The notes under the pieces: generated by a model | Databases searched by the model: none | Told to the model about the DNA's origin: nothing | The model's input: the letters and a program-made list of their open reading frames with translations, nothing else | Shown: one piece after another, positions 10,889-24,202 of the stretch | Numbering within the stretch: the stretch's first letter is position 1 | Layout: the number at the start of each line of letters is the position of its first letter | Source: Candidatus Azoamicus soli | Lineage (GTDB): Bacteria > Pseudomonadota > Gammaproteobacteria > UBA6186 > Azoamicaceae | DNA length: 64,000 bases | NCBI GenBank assembly: GCA_043390205.1 | Contig: DAWERN010000001.1 | Coordinates: 143,942-207,941 of the forward strand | Direction: 5' to 3' | Program-made: the position numbers and the translations under genes

Positions 10889-11542
10889 ATGTTAATATTA
10901 AGCCTTGAATACACTCAAAAACTGTTATCTATATCAATTTCTAACAAAAGCATTGTTTGTTATAAAGAAATTTTTGGCCAGTTTGTTAGCTCTAAATATA
11001 TATTAAATTTCATTAATTCTATTTTAATAGAAAATAAAATAACTTTAAATGATATAACAGGAATATTATTAAGTGAAACTATTAGTAATTTAACAAGTAT
11101 GAAAATTTTTTTCTCTGTCATTCAAAGTTTGAGTTTATCACAAAATATACCAATATTTCAAATTTATTCTTCAGATGCTTTAGTGGATGAATTAATATTA
11201 TCAAATTCAAAAAAATATATTTTAATACATACATATTCTAACATAATTAAAAAAGATTTATATAATTTATATTATATTAATAAAAATCTAATAAAAATAA
11301 TATTAAAAAACAAACATTTTCAACTCAATCACTTTCTATATCATAATAATTGCGTATTTTGTTTTTCAGATATAATTATATTTCAGGCTAAAATTGCTAT
11401 ACTAAAAACTTTTTTTTTAAATAAATCTATATATTTAGATAGTATTTTTAGGAAAAAAAGTAGAATAAATACATATATTCTACCAAATAGTTCATCTATA
11501 ACATATCTTGAAAATATTTATACTCTACCCATGCTTATATAA
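10889..11542 (+). CDS. tsaB: Degenerate t6A biosynthesis protein TsaB (YeaZ)
   Basis: N-terminus MLILSLEYTQKLLSISI resembles MxILAIDT..SVAL; ITLNDITGI...SLSLSQNIPIF matches the TsaB core; the GPGSFTG motif is eroded. Confidence 0.6.
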   Translation: MLILSLEYTQKLLSISISNKSIVCYKEIFGQFVSSKYILNFINSILIENKITLNDITGILLSETISNLTSMKIFFSVIQSLSLSQNIPIFQIYSSDALVDELILSNSKKYILIHTYSNIIKKDLYNLYYINKNLIKIILKNKHFQLNHFLYHNNCVFCFSDIIIFQAKIAILKTFFLNKSIYLDSIFRKKSRINTYILPNSSSITYLENIYTLPMLI

Positions 11543-11545
11543 TAA

Positions 11546-13126
11546 ATGAATAACATACTACTAATTAATAAAAACGAAATTGGTGAAATACGTGTAGCTT
11601 TTATAGAAAACGGACTATTAAATAATTTTGAAATAGAAACTAATAACCGTCAAAAAGGAAATATATTTAAAGGATTTATAACAAAAATAGAAATAGGATT
11701 GGATGCCTTTTTTATAGATTACGGTTCTAATAAAGATGGATTTTTACCATTTACAGAAATATCGAAAGATTATTTAGATAAATTACATCTATTTGATGAA
11801 ATGGAAGAGATAAAAGACTATACTAACATACTAGGAAAATCGTTTATTGTACAAATAGAAAAAGAAGAATGTAATGGAAAAGGTGCTTCTTTAACTACAT
11901 ATCTTAATATAGCAGGATGTTATCTTGTATTAATGCCTTATAGTTTAGCATTAAAAGGTATATCTAAAAAAATCAATGACCATCAACGTTTTGATATAAA
12001 AGAAATTTTAAACGGTATAGATATTTTAAATGAAATTGGAATTATAGTTAGAACATTCGGTCATGGGAAAAAAAAAGCAGAATTTAAAATGGAATTATTA
12101 ATGTTACTTTCACAATTAAAATTAATAAAAAACTTATATGCAAACGAGTTTTCCACATTTTTTATTTATGAACATAACAATCTAATTGTCAAGACCATTA
12201 GAGATTATTTGAAATTTGAACTAGCAGAAATAATTATTGATGATATACATATTTTTAATTTTATTTACAAATATCTTAGTGTTTTTTATTCAAATTTCGT
12301 GTCAAAAATTACTCTTTATTTACAAACTCAACCATTATTTACAAACTATCATATAGAACAACAATTAGAACTATTGCTAAAACGTGAAATTTTTCTACAA
12401 TCAGGCGGATCTATAACAATAGATTCTGTTGAAGCTTTAACATTTATAGATATAAACTCTTCAAAATCAAACAAATGCGATGATATTGAAGAAACAGCCT
12501 TACAAACAAATTTAGAAGCATTAAAAGAAATTGTAAAACAACTTAAAATTAGAGATTTAGGTGGATTAATAATAATAGATTTTATTGATATTGATATCGA
12601 TGGATTTACCTTGCTAGAAAAAAAATTAAAAGAATTATTATCATTTGATAAAGCAAAAATACAACTAAATAAAATTTCACAATTCGGTTTATTAGAAATG
12701 TCTAGAGAAAGAATTAAATCTATATTTGGTGAATCAAATTTTACATTATGTTATAAATGTCATGGAACAGGTAAAATGTCAAATATAAACACAATGTGCT
12801 TAATAATCTTAAAAGCTATAGAAAATGAATTAATAAAAAAAGATATAACACAAATAAATATAGAATTGCCAAATAAAATTTCAAATTATATGATTAATTT
12901 TAAGACAACTGAAATAAAAACCTTAGAAAATAATTACATCGTAAAAATAATATTAATAGCTAATGAATTCTTATTAATACCAGATTATAAAATATACATC
13001 TACAAAACAAAAAAAATAAAAATACACCAACACAAAATACAAAAGACAGCATATTTGAATTTTTTTAATTATAAAAAATCTCAGTCAATAACGACTAAAC
13101 ATTCTACTTTAAGCAAAAAAGTATAA
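11546..13126 (+). CDS. rne: Ribonuclease E, catalytic N-terminal half only
   Basis: EIRVAFIENG, GNIFKG, AFFIDYG..GFLP, SGGSITID..LTFIDINS, TNLEA, IRDLGGLIIIDFID, Zn-link CYKCHGTG. Confidence 0.9.
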   Translation: MNNILLINKNEIGEIRVAFIENGLLNNFEIETNNRQKGNIFKGFITKIEIGLDAFFIDYGSNKDGFLPFTEISKDYLDKLHLFDEMEEIKDYTNILGKSFIVQIEKEECNGKGASLTTYLNIAGCYLVLMPYSLALKGISKKINDHQRFDIKEILNGIDILNEIGIIVRTFGHGKKKAEFKMELLMLLSQLKLIKNLYANEFSTFFIYEHNNLIVKTIRDYLKFELAEIIIDDIHIFNFIYKYLSVFYSNFVSKITLYLQTQPLFTNYHIEQQLELLLKREIFLQSGGSITIDSVEALTFIDINSSKSNKCDDIEETALQTNLEALKEIVKQLKIRDLGGLIIIDFIDIDIDGFTLLEKKLKELLSFDKAKIQLNKISQFGLLEMSRERIKSIFGESNFTLCYKCHGTGKMSNINTMCLIILKAIENELIKKDITQINIELPNKISNYMINFKTTEIKTLENNYIVKIILIANEFLLIPDYKIYIYKTKKIKIHQHKIQKTAYLNFFNYKKSQSITTKHSTLSKKV

Positions 13127-13163
13127 AAATTAAAAATTAAACAAATATAGTAAAAAATGATAA

Positions 13164-13274
13164 TGCCTGGCGATGACCTACTTTCGCTAAATAACTATCA
13201 TCGGCGCTACATAGTTTAACTTCCGAATTCGGAATGGGATCGGGTGGAACCTATGCGCTAAAAATCGCCAAGCA
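13164..13274 (-). rRNA. rrf: 5S rRNA (shortened helix IV/loop D)
   Basis: Reverse complement of canonical 5S (tgcctggcg...ttcggaatgggatcgggtgg...cgccaagca), downstream of 23S. Confidence 0.95.
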
Positions 13275-13277
13275 CCA

Positions 13278-13292
13278 GCTATTTTGAATTAT

Positions 13293-13301
<9 letters not shown>
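13278..13301. repeat. 3' arm of 23S precursor processing stem (perfect 24-bp inverted repeat with 16185-16208)
   Basis: gctattttgaattataaagttaaa is the exact reverse complement of tttaactttataattcaaaatagc. Confidence 0.85.
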
Positions 13302-16184
<2,883 letters not shown>

Positions 16185-16191
<7 letters not shown>

Positions 16192-16208
16192 TTATAATTC
16201 AAAATAGC
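16185..16208. repeat. 5' arm of 23S precursor processing stem
   Basis: Pairs perfectly with 13278-13301. Confidence 0.85.
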
Positions 16209-16262
16209 ATTATCAAATATACAGTTTAAAAAAAATTAATGATTCTAATTCTGCAAAATTAT

Positions 16263-16335
16263 TGGAGCCAGTCGGAGTCGAACCGACGACCGCCTGCGTG
16301 CAAAACAGGTGCTCTACCAATTGAGCTATGACCCC
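16263..16335 (-). tRNA. tRNA-Ala(UGC), CCA not encoded
   Basis: GGGGTCATAGCTCAATTGGTAGAGCACCTGTTT-TGC-ACGCAGG...TTCGACTCCGACTGGCTCCA; G3:U70 present; in the rRNA spacer. Confidence 0.97.
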
Positions 16336-16345
16336 TTCAAAACAG

Positions 16346-16420
16346 TGGGTCTGGGAGGATTTGAACCACCGACCTCACCCTTATCAGGGGTGTGCTCTAA
16401 CCAATCTGAGCTACAGACCC
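16346..16420 (-). tRNA. tRNA-Ile(GAU), CCA not encoded
   Basis: GGGTCTGTAGCTCAGATTGGTTAGAGCACACCCCT-GAT-AAGGGTGAGGTCGGTGGTTCAAATCCTCCCAGACCCA. Confidence 0.97.
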
Positions 16421-16452
16421 TAAGGATATCTATTTTAATTGAATTAATTTAC

Positions 16453-18000
<1,548 letters not shown>

Positions 18001-18100
18001 TTACACATAAATAGTTAATAATTCAAAAAAAATAGATATCGCAAATAAATCATTATAGCTACAACTTATTAAAGTTTCGCTAAACTTAGTTACTGACAAA

Positions 18101-18128
18101 ATAATAACATTATATATTAAATAGTCAA
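18101..18128 (-). promoter_or_regulatory. Sigma70 promoter of the rRNA operon
   Basis: TTGACT-N16-TATTAT on the minus strand about 100 nt upstream of 16S; same hexamers and 16-bp spacer as E. coli rrn P2. Confidence 0.7.
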
Positions 18129-18131
18129 GCA

Positions 18132-19349
18132 TCAATTAACATTTTTTTCATTTTTTTTTTCTTTTAAAAAAACTTTTTTTATTTTTTTTTTACCACACTT
18201 CAATAAATAATAAATATCAACATATAAAATACATTCTCTATCTAATATAACAACTGAATTAACTTCAATAGACCCATATTTAATTCCACGCTTAAATTCA
18301 GCATGACTGCAAACAAATCCAATCAACAACAATAATCGTCGTAAATAAATAAATGTATTGTCTATATAAATAATACTAACTTCAATATTATTATCAAAAA
18401 TTTTCTTTGAAACCCTATCAATAAACTTAGCTTGTGCATCATCAGCTAAAAATTCATTATAAACACACGAAACTACCTTATTAGCCAACAAATACTTTAC
18501 TAACATAGGATTACCATACTCTAAAACTACATCACGAAATTGATTAGCATTTAAAAACCCTAAACATATAAAATACTCTTCTAACAACTTATCAGGCAAT
18601 GACATTACCTTACAAAACATAATATAATAATCATCATCAAGTGAAATATAATTATTTAAACTTTTAGACATTTTATTAAAACCATCTAACCCCGTAAGTA
18701 TAGGCATCATGAGTAAAACCTGCTGTCTTTGAAAATAACTCTTTTGTAAATCTCTACCTAACAACAAATTAAATTTTTGATCAATACCACCAATTTCAAT
18801 ATCAGAATACAAAAAAACAGAATCATAACTTTGTAATAAAGGATATACAAACTCATGCAATCCAATAGGTTTATTATTATTATATCTACTTTTAAAGTCA
18901 CAACGCTCCAAAATTCTGGAAACAGTAACAAAAGAAACTAATTGCATAAAATCGTTTAAATAAATAGAATTAAACCACACAGAATTAAAATAAACAAAAG
19001 TAAAATTTTTATCTAAAAATCTAAAAATATAATTATTATACGATGTATAATTTTCTTTTATATCATCATGGTCAATGACTTTACGCATTACACTCTTACC
19101 AGATGGATCGCCAATTGTTGCCGTAAAATCGCCAATTATTAAATGAATAAAATAACCGAATAACTGAAACTCTCTTAATTTTTTAAGTATCACATAATGT
19201 CCTAAATGTAACTTATCAGATGTAGGATCAAATCCTATCTTTACAACCAACTCTTTTTTCATAGATAATAACAAACGAAACTCACCTTCTGAAACTATTT
19301 CCTTCACACCCAACTGTAAAGATTTAAAAATATTATCTACATTACTCAT
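18132..19349 (-). CDS. tyrS: Tyrosine--tRNA ligase
   Basis: GFDPTSDKLHLGH, GDFTATIGDPSGK, YPLLQSYD, GGIDQKFN, KMSKS, C-terminal S4 domain. Start placed at MSNVDNIF (19349). Confidence 0.96.
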   Translation of the reverse strand: MSNVDNIFKSLQLGVKEIVSEGEFRLLLSMKKELVVKIGFDPTSDKLHLGHYVILKKLREFQLFGYFIHLIIGDFTATIGDPSGKSVMRKVIDHDDIKENYTSYNNYIFRFLDKNFTFVYFNSVWFNSIYLNDFMQLVSFVTVSRILERCDFKSRYNNNKPIGLHEFVYPLLQSYDSVFLYSDIEIGGIDQKFNLLLGRDLQKSYFQRQQVLLMMPILTGLDGFNKMSKSLNNYISLDDDYYIMFCKVMSLPDKLLEEYFICLGFLNANQFRDVVLEYGNPMLVKYLLANKVVSCVYNEFLADDAQAKFIDRVSKKIFDNNIEVSIIYIDNTFIYLRRLLLLIGFVCSHAEFKRGIKYGSIEVNSVVILDRECILYVDIYYLLKCGKKKIKKVFLKEKKNEKNVN

Positions 19350-19697
19350 ATGACAATTAATAAAACATTTATAAAAAAACACATCAATATAAACATTATT
19401 ATAACAAACAAAAATAATATCAAATCCCTTAATAAAAAATACAGACACAAAAAAAAAGCGACAGATATTCTAACATTTAAAGATATAATAAACAAAAAAA
19501 TTTATGCAGATATACTAATATGCAAAAAAATAATGAACGAAAGAAATAAAAATTTAAATAAAGCTATAATTCACGGCATTTTACACTTATTAAATTATAC
19601 ACACAATAACAATTATGACGAAAAAATCATGAAAAAATTAGAAAAAATAATAGGCATGAGTGGAATCGAACCACCGACCATCACTACGTCAAAGTGA
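19350..19697 (+). CDS. ybeY: rRNA maturation endoribonuclease YbeY
   Basis: LNKKYRHKKKATDILTF, DILIC, HGILHLLNYTH (H3XH5XH metal motif), MKKLE. Confidence 0.92.
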   Translation: MTINKTFIKKHININIIITNKNNIKSLNKKYRHKKKATDILTFKDIINKKIYADILICKKIMNERNKNLNKAIIHGILHLLNYTHNNNYDEKIMKKLEKIIGMSGIEPPTITTSK

Positions 19698-19722
19698 CGC
19701 TCTACCACTGAGCTACATGCCT
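19651..19722 (-). tRNA. tRNA-Val(GAC), antisense-overlapping ybeY; CCA not encoded
   Basis: AGGCATGTAGCTCAGTGGTAGAGCGTCACTTT-GAC-GTAGTGATGGTCGGTGGTTCGATTCCACTCATGCCTA. Confidence 0.95.
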
Positions 19723-19981
19723 ATTTTATTCTCAATTTAGAATTCAATCTACTCTTTAATCTGGCAGCTTTATTTTTATGAACGACACCCTTAGAAACAC
19801 TTTTATCTATTACTGAAACCACATGTGAATAATTCTGTATTGCTAAATCAATCTTTGATAAAGATATTAACTTCAAGAAGTTTTTTACAGATGTTTTTAC
19901 AATAGACAAATTTCTTTTATTAATTAAACGTTTTTTCAAATCCTGCCTAGCTCTTTTTTTAGATTGTTTAAGATTAGCCAA
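19721..19981 (-). CDS. rpsT: 30S ribosomal protein S20 (TTG start)
   Basis: ANLKQSKKRARQ...KGVVHKNKAARLKSRL; GGGAG SD (19988-19992) upstream of TTG at 19981. Confidence 0.95.
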   Translation of the reverse strand: MANLKQSKKRARQDLKKRLINKRNLSIVKTSVKNFLKLISLSKIDLAIQNYSHVVSVIDKSVSKGVVHKNKAARLKSRLNSKLRIK

Positions 19982-20068
19982 TATAAACTCCCATAAACTT
20001 TTTTTATTATAATACAAACATACCAAAACATCAATACTAGTAAAAGGTATTAATCACTAAATAATAAT

Positions 20069-20776
20069 TTATATTTTATTATTCAACATTTCAAACCTTA
20101 AATCAGCTATAGCTTTTGATGGATTCAAACCTTTAGGACAAACATAAGTACAATTCATAATAGTTCTACAGCGAAATATATTAAATTTATCATCTAATTC
20201 AACTAACCTTTCAATAGTTTTAGTATCTCTACTATCTTTTACAAATCTAGCAGCTTGTAAAGCTGCTGCTGGACCTAAAAATTTTTCAGGATTCCACCAA
20301 TATGATGGACATGCACTAGTACAACAAGCACACAAAATACATTCATACAACCCATCTAATTTTTCTCTGTCACTTTTTGATTGTAAACGTTCTCCGTCAT
20401 AATATACAGGTTCATCATTTTGTAAATAAGGTTTAATTTTATTATAGTGATTATAAAAATTTGTAAGATCTACAACTAAATCTCTTATTACAGGCATACC
20501 TGGTAATGGTCTTATAATAACTTTTTTATCATACAAGCTACTTAAAGGCGTAATACATGCTAAACCATTTTTACCATTTATATTCATAGCATCTGAACCA
20601 CAAACACCTTCAGAACACGACCTTCTATAACTCAAAGTTTCATCTAAATTTGCTTTAATATAATTAAGTGCATCCAATAACATTACTCCATCACAATCTT
20701 CTGGGTTAACACTATATTCTTGCATTCTATAATCAGAATTTGTTTTATAATCATAACGATATATTGAAATAAACAT
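20069..20776 (-). CDS. sdhB: Succinate dehydrogenase iron-sulfur subunit
   Basis: RRSCSEGVCGSD, ECILCACCTSACPSYWWN, FRCRTIMNCTYVCPKGLNP. Confidence 0.98.
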   Translation of the reverse strand: MFISIYRYDYKTNSDYRMQEYSVNPEDCDGVMLLDALNYIKANLDETLSYRRSCSEGVCGSDAMNINGKNGLACITPLSSLYDKKVIIRPLPGMPVIRDLVVDLTNFYNHYNKIKPYLQNDEPVYYDGERLQSKSDREKLDGLYECILCACCTSACPSYWWNPEKFLGPAAALQAARFVKDSRDTKTIERLVELDDKFNIFRCRTIMNCTYVCPKGLNPSKAIADLRFEMLNNKI

Positions 20777-20784
20777 AAACTATC

Positions 20785-22548
20785 CTAATATTTTCTAACA
20801 ACAGGTTTAAATGAAGGAACTAAACTTGGATTCTCATTAACAGCTCTAAATGCTACACTATCATCCAAATATACTAACATATGTTTAATCCAATTAATAT
20901 CATCTCTATTTGGATAATCTTCTCTAAAATGAGCACCTCTACTTTCTATTCTTTGAATAGCTGCTATTGCAGTAACTATAGCTATAGCCATTAAATTATC
21001 AAGTTCAAATGCTTCTACTCTAGCCATATTATATGTATAACTTTTATCAAACAACTTAACATTTACTAAATTAGCTCTAAGCTCTATCAAGGAATTCAAC
21101 CCGGCTTTCATGATATCTCCTGTTCTAAAAACACCAAAATCATTTTGCATGATTTTCTTTAAGCGTGATTTAATTTCAGAAACAGAAAATTTACCATCTC
21201 TAGAATTCCACTCATGAAATCTCCTACAAGAATAAGCTATATTTGAATCTTTAACTAAAGAACTATTATCAAAACTACCAACATGTGAAATAAAATGATT
21301 TCCTGCAGCACGACCAAAAACCACTAAGTCTAATAAAGAATTACCACCTAATCTATTTGCTCCATGAACAGATACACAAGCACACTCTCCAACTGCATAC
21401 AATCCAACAACTATTTTATCATTACCATTTTCATCAATAGTAACTACTTGACCATATTTATTAGTAGGAATACCCCCCATCATATAATGACAAGTTGGTA
21501 CAACAGGAATAGGCATCTTTACAGGATCTGCATTAGCGAAAGTAATCGCCAATTCTCTTATACCAGGTAAATAAGCTTTAATTACATCTTCACCTAAATG
21601 TTCTAATTTAAGATAAACATGATCTTTTTTAATTCCACATCCTCTACCTTCTCTAATTTCTATTGCCATAGATCTAGCGACCACATCTCTAGATGCTAAA
21701 TCTTTAGCATTTGGCGCATACCTTTCCATAAAACGTTCACCATTACAATTTACTAAATACCCGCCTTCACCTCTACATCCTTCCGTCACTAAAACACCAG
21801 AACCAGCAATGCCAGTTGGATGAAATTGCCACATCTCCATATCTTGAATAGGAAACCCTGCTCTTAAAACCATTCCTAGCCCATCACCAGTATTAATTAT
21901 AGCATTTGTAGTTGACTGATATATTTGGCCGCCTCCACCAGTGGCTAGAATAGTAGCTTTACTTCTTAAAAAACATAATTCACCCGTTTCTATACACATC
22001 GCTACAACTCCAACTATATCTCCATTATCACTTTTAACCAAATCTAAGGAATACCATTCATTAAAAAATATTGTATTATATTTTAAATTTTGTTGATACA
22101 ACGTATGTAATAATGCATGACCTGTTCTATCAGCAGCTGATGATGTTCTTGTTGCTTGTCCACCTTTACCAAAATCTTTCGCTTGACCACCAAAAGGTCT
22201 CTGATATATCCTGCCATTATCTAACCTAGAAAACGGAAGTCCCATATGTTCCAGCTCGTAAACAACCTCTCTGCCATTTCTACACATATATTCAATACAA
22301 TCTTGATCCCCTATATAATCAGCTCCTTTAATAGTATCAAACATATGCCATAACCAATTATCATCATCAACGTTTCCCAATGCAGCAGTAATACCACCTT
22401 GAGCTGAAACAGTATGCGATCTTGTTGGAAATACTTTAGAAACAAGAGCAACTTTAATACCAGATTTTGAAAGCTGCAAGGCTGCTCTCATACCAGCACC
22501 ACCAGCTCCAATTATAATAACATCATACGAATGTTCAGCTATATTCAT
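20785..22548 (-). CDS. sdhA: Succinate dehydrogenase flavoprotein subunit
   Basis: [19 protein letters not shown] (FAD-linked His), [26 protein letters not shown]. Confidence 0.99.
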   Translation of the reverse strand: MNIAEHSYDVIIIGAGGAGMRAALQLSKSGIKVALVSKVFPTRSHTVSAQGGITAALGNVDDDNWLWHMFDTIKGADYIGDQDCIEYMCRNGREVVYELEHMGLPFSRLDNGRIYQRPFGGQAKDFGKGGQATRTSSAADRTGHALLHTLYQQNLKYNTIFFNEWYSLDLVKSDNGDIVGVVAMCIETGELCFLRSKATILATGGGGQIYQSTTNAIINTGDGLGMVLRAGFPIQDMEMWQFHPTGIAGSGVLVTEGCRGEGGYLVNCNGERFMERYAPNAKDLASRDVVARSMAIEIREGRGCGIKKDHVYLKLEHLGEDVIKAYLPGIRELAITFANADPVKMPIPVVPTCHYMMGGIPTNKYGQVVTIDENGNDKIVVGLYAVGECACVSVHGANRLGGNSLLDLVVFGRAAGNHFISHVGSFDNSSLVKDSNIAYSCRRFHEWNSRDGKFSVSEIKSRLKKIMQNDFGVFRTGDIMKAGLNSLIELRANLVNVKLFDKSYTYNMARVEAFELDNLMAIAIVTAIAAIQRIESRGAHFREDYPNRDDINWIKHMLVYLDDSVAFRAVNENPSLVPSFKPVVRKY

Positions 22549-22892
22549 TTAAAACTCCAAAGAATTTGTATAACACAAAAAACATACGACAGTAAAATTA
22601 CATTAATCATAAAATCTAAAACTATCCTTAAAAAAGTTTGTTTAATATAATCAGTTAAAATAATACTCATTCCTAAGCTAACATGCATAACTAAACTGAA
22701 AACAAACAATATTGTAAATATCTTAAAAAAAAATGATTGAAATAATAAACTTAAAGTACAATATTCAAACTTAAAAATTATCAAATAGCAAATAATAAAT
22801 AATGAATAAAAAAAAATATATAAACCTGTAAATCTTTGTACAACCCAATCTCTTAACCCACTTCTCCATCCGGAATTACTTAACATAATCAT
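22545..22892 (-). CDS. sdhD: Succinate dehydrogenase membrane anchor
   Basis: [25 protein letters not shown]; operon position. Confidence 0.95.
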   Translation of the reverse strand: MIMLSNSGWRSGLRDWVVQRFTGLYIFFYSLFIICYLIIFKFEYCTLSLLFQSFFFKIFTILFVFSLVMHVSLGMSIILTDYIKQTFLRIVLDFMINVILLSYVFCVIQILWSFK

Positions 22893-23266
22893 AATAAAAT
22901 ACTCAAAAAAAATAAAAACGTTATTAGAACCAATACAACAATAGTCAATCTTTTACTACTAGATTTAGTATCAAAATAACCTATATCCATAATTATATGT
23001 TTAATACCACTTATTGCATGATAAATAAATGAAAACAAAAATATATAAAGAACTAATTTGATATAACTATTAGAACTAAGAGATGAAACAACAATAAATG
23101 AACTACTTGATTCTATTGTCAAATAAAAAAAATACAAAAAACCAGGCATTGATAAAAATAAAAACACTCCTGTTAATCTATGAATAATAGATCCGATAGC
23201 TGTAATTGGCCAATTAAGTACAAAAATATTTAAAAAAATATGTTTAGATTTCATTCCATCTACCAT
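22889..23266 (-). CDS. sdhC: Succinate dehydrogenase cytochrome b556 subunit
   Basis: PITAIGSIIHRLTG, YHAISGIKHIIMD. Confidence 0.95.
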   Translation of the reverse strand: MVDGMKSKHIFLNIFVLNWPITAIGSIIHRLTGVFLFLSMPGFLYFFYLTIESSSSFIVVSSLSSNSYIKLVLYIFLFSFIYHAISGIKHIIMDIGYFDTKSSSKRLTIVVLVLITFLFFLSILL

Positions 23267-23430
23267 TTAAAAAAACAATAAATTCATTATGATACTATTT
23301 TACCTTAATATATAAATCTATCAATATAAAATCAGAAATAGATACAAATATTTTATAATATTTTCATTTTGAAAAAGAAATAAAAAAAACTTTACAACAA
23401 AGATCTTTTTTATTAAAAAATATATTAAAA

Positions 23431-24201
23431 ATGACAATATATTATAAAGAAATAACTAATGAAATAGATATATTTAAAAAAGCTTTTATAAACAAACTAC
23501 CACTTATCATAAAAGGACCAACTGGATGCGGAAAATCTAGGTTTGTAGAAAAAATGTCAGAAATTTTTAATATACCATTAATACAAATAGCTTGTAATGA
23601 AGAAACGTCTTCTGTAGATTTACAAGGTAGGTATTTAATGCATAATGGTAATACAATTTGGCATGACGGTCCAGCCACAACAGCTGTAAAAACAGGAGCA
23701 TTTTTATATCTAGACGAAATATCTGAAGCCAGAGAAGATGTAATAGTAGTTATTCATCCATTAAGTGATCATAGAAGGGAATTATATTTAGATAAAAAAA
23801 ATGAAAAAATAAAAGCTCATAATAATTTTATGCTTATTGCAAGTTATAATCCTGGATATCAAAGTAAATCAAAAGATTTAAAACAATCAACAAAACAACG
23901 CTTTTTAACATTACAATTTGACTATCCAGAAGAAATTAAAGAACAAGAAATAATAATATTTGAATCAAATATCGACAGTATGCTAGCTGGCAAATTAGTA
24001 CTGTATGCTAAAAAACTAAGAAATTTAAAAGAATTAGATTTATTAGAAACTGTTTCAACACGTCTGCTAATAAATGCTGCAAAAATGATTGTCAGTGGAT
24101 TAAACGTACATTCCGCTTGTAAAATTGCTATAATACAAACATTAACTGATGATAAAGATATTCAAATTAGTTTAACAGATATTATGAGCCTATATATTTA
24201 A
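23431..24201 (+). CDS. norQ: NorQ/NirQ/CbbQ MoxR-type AAA+ ATPase (cNOR activator)
   Basis: KGPTGCGKSRFVE, W.DGP.T.AV, YLDEISEARED, SYNPGYQ..KDLKQSTKQRF, STRLL. Confidence 0.95.
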   Translation: MTIYYKEITNEIDIFKKAFINKLPLIIKGPTGCGKSRFVEKMSEIFNIPLIQIACNEETSSVDLQGRYLMHNGNTIWHDGPATTAVKTGAFLYLDEISEAREDVIVVIHPLSDHRRELYLDKKNEKIKAHNNFMLIASYNPGYQSKSKDLKQSTKQRFLTLQFDYPEEIKEQEIIIFESNIDSMLAGKLVLYAKKLRNLKELDLLETVSTRLLINAAKMIVSGLNVHSACKIAIIQTLTDDKDIQISLTDIMSLYI

Positions 24202-24202
24202 T

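Noticed and set aside
19350-19448. 33-aa N-terminal extension of tyrS
   Set aside because: It is the antisense of ybeY; TyrS similarity starts at MSNVDNIF.
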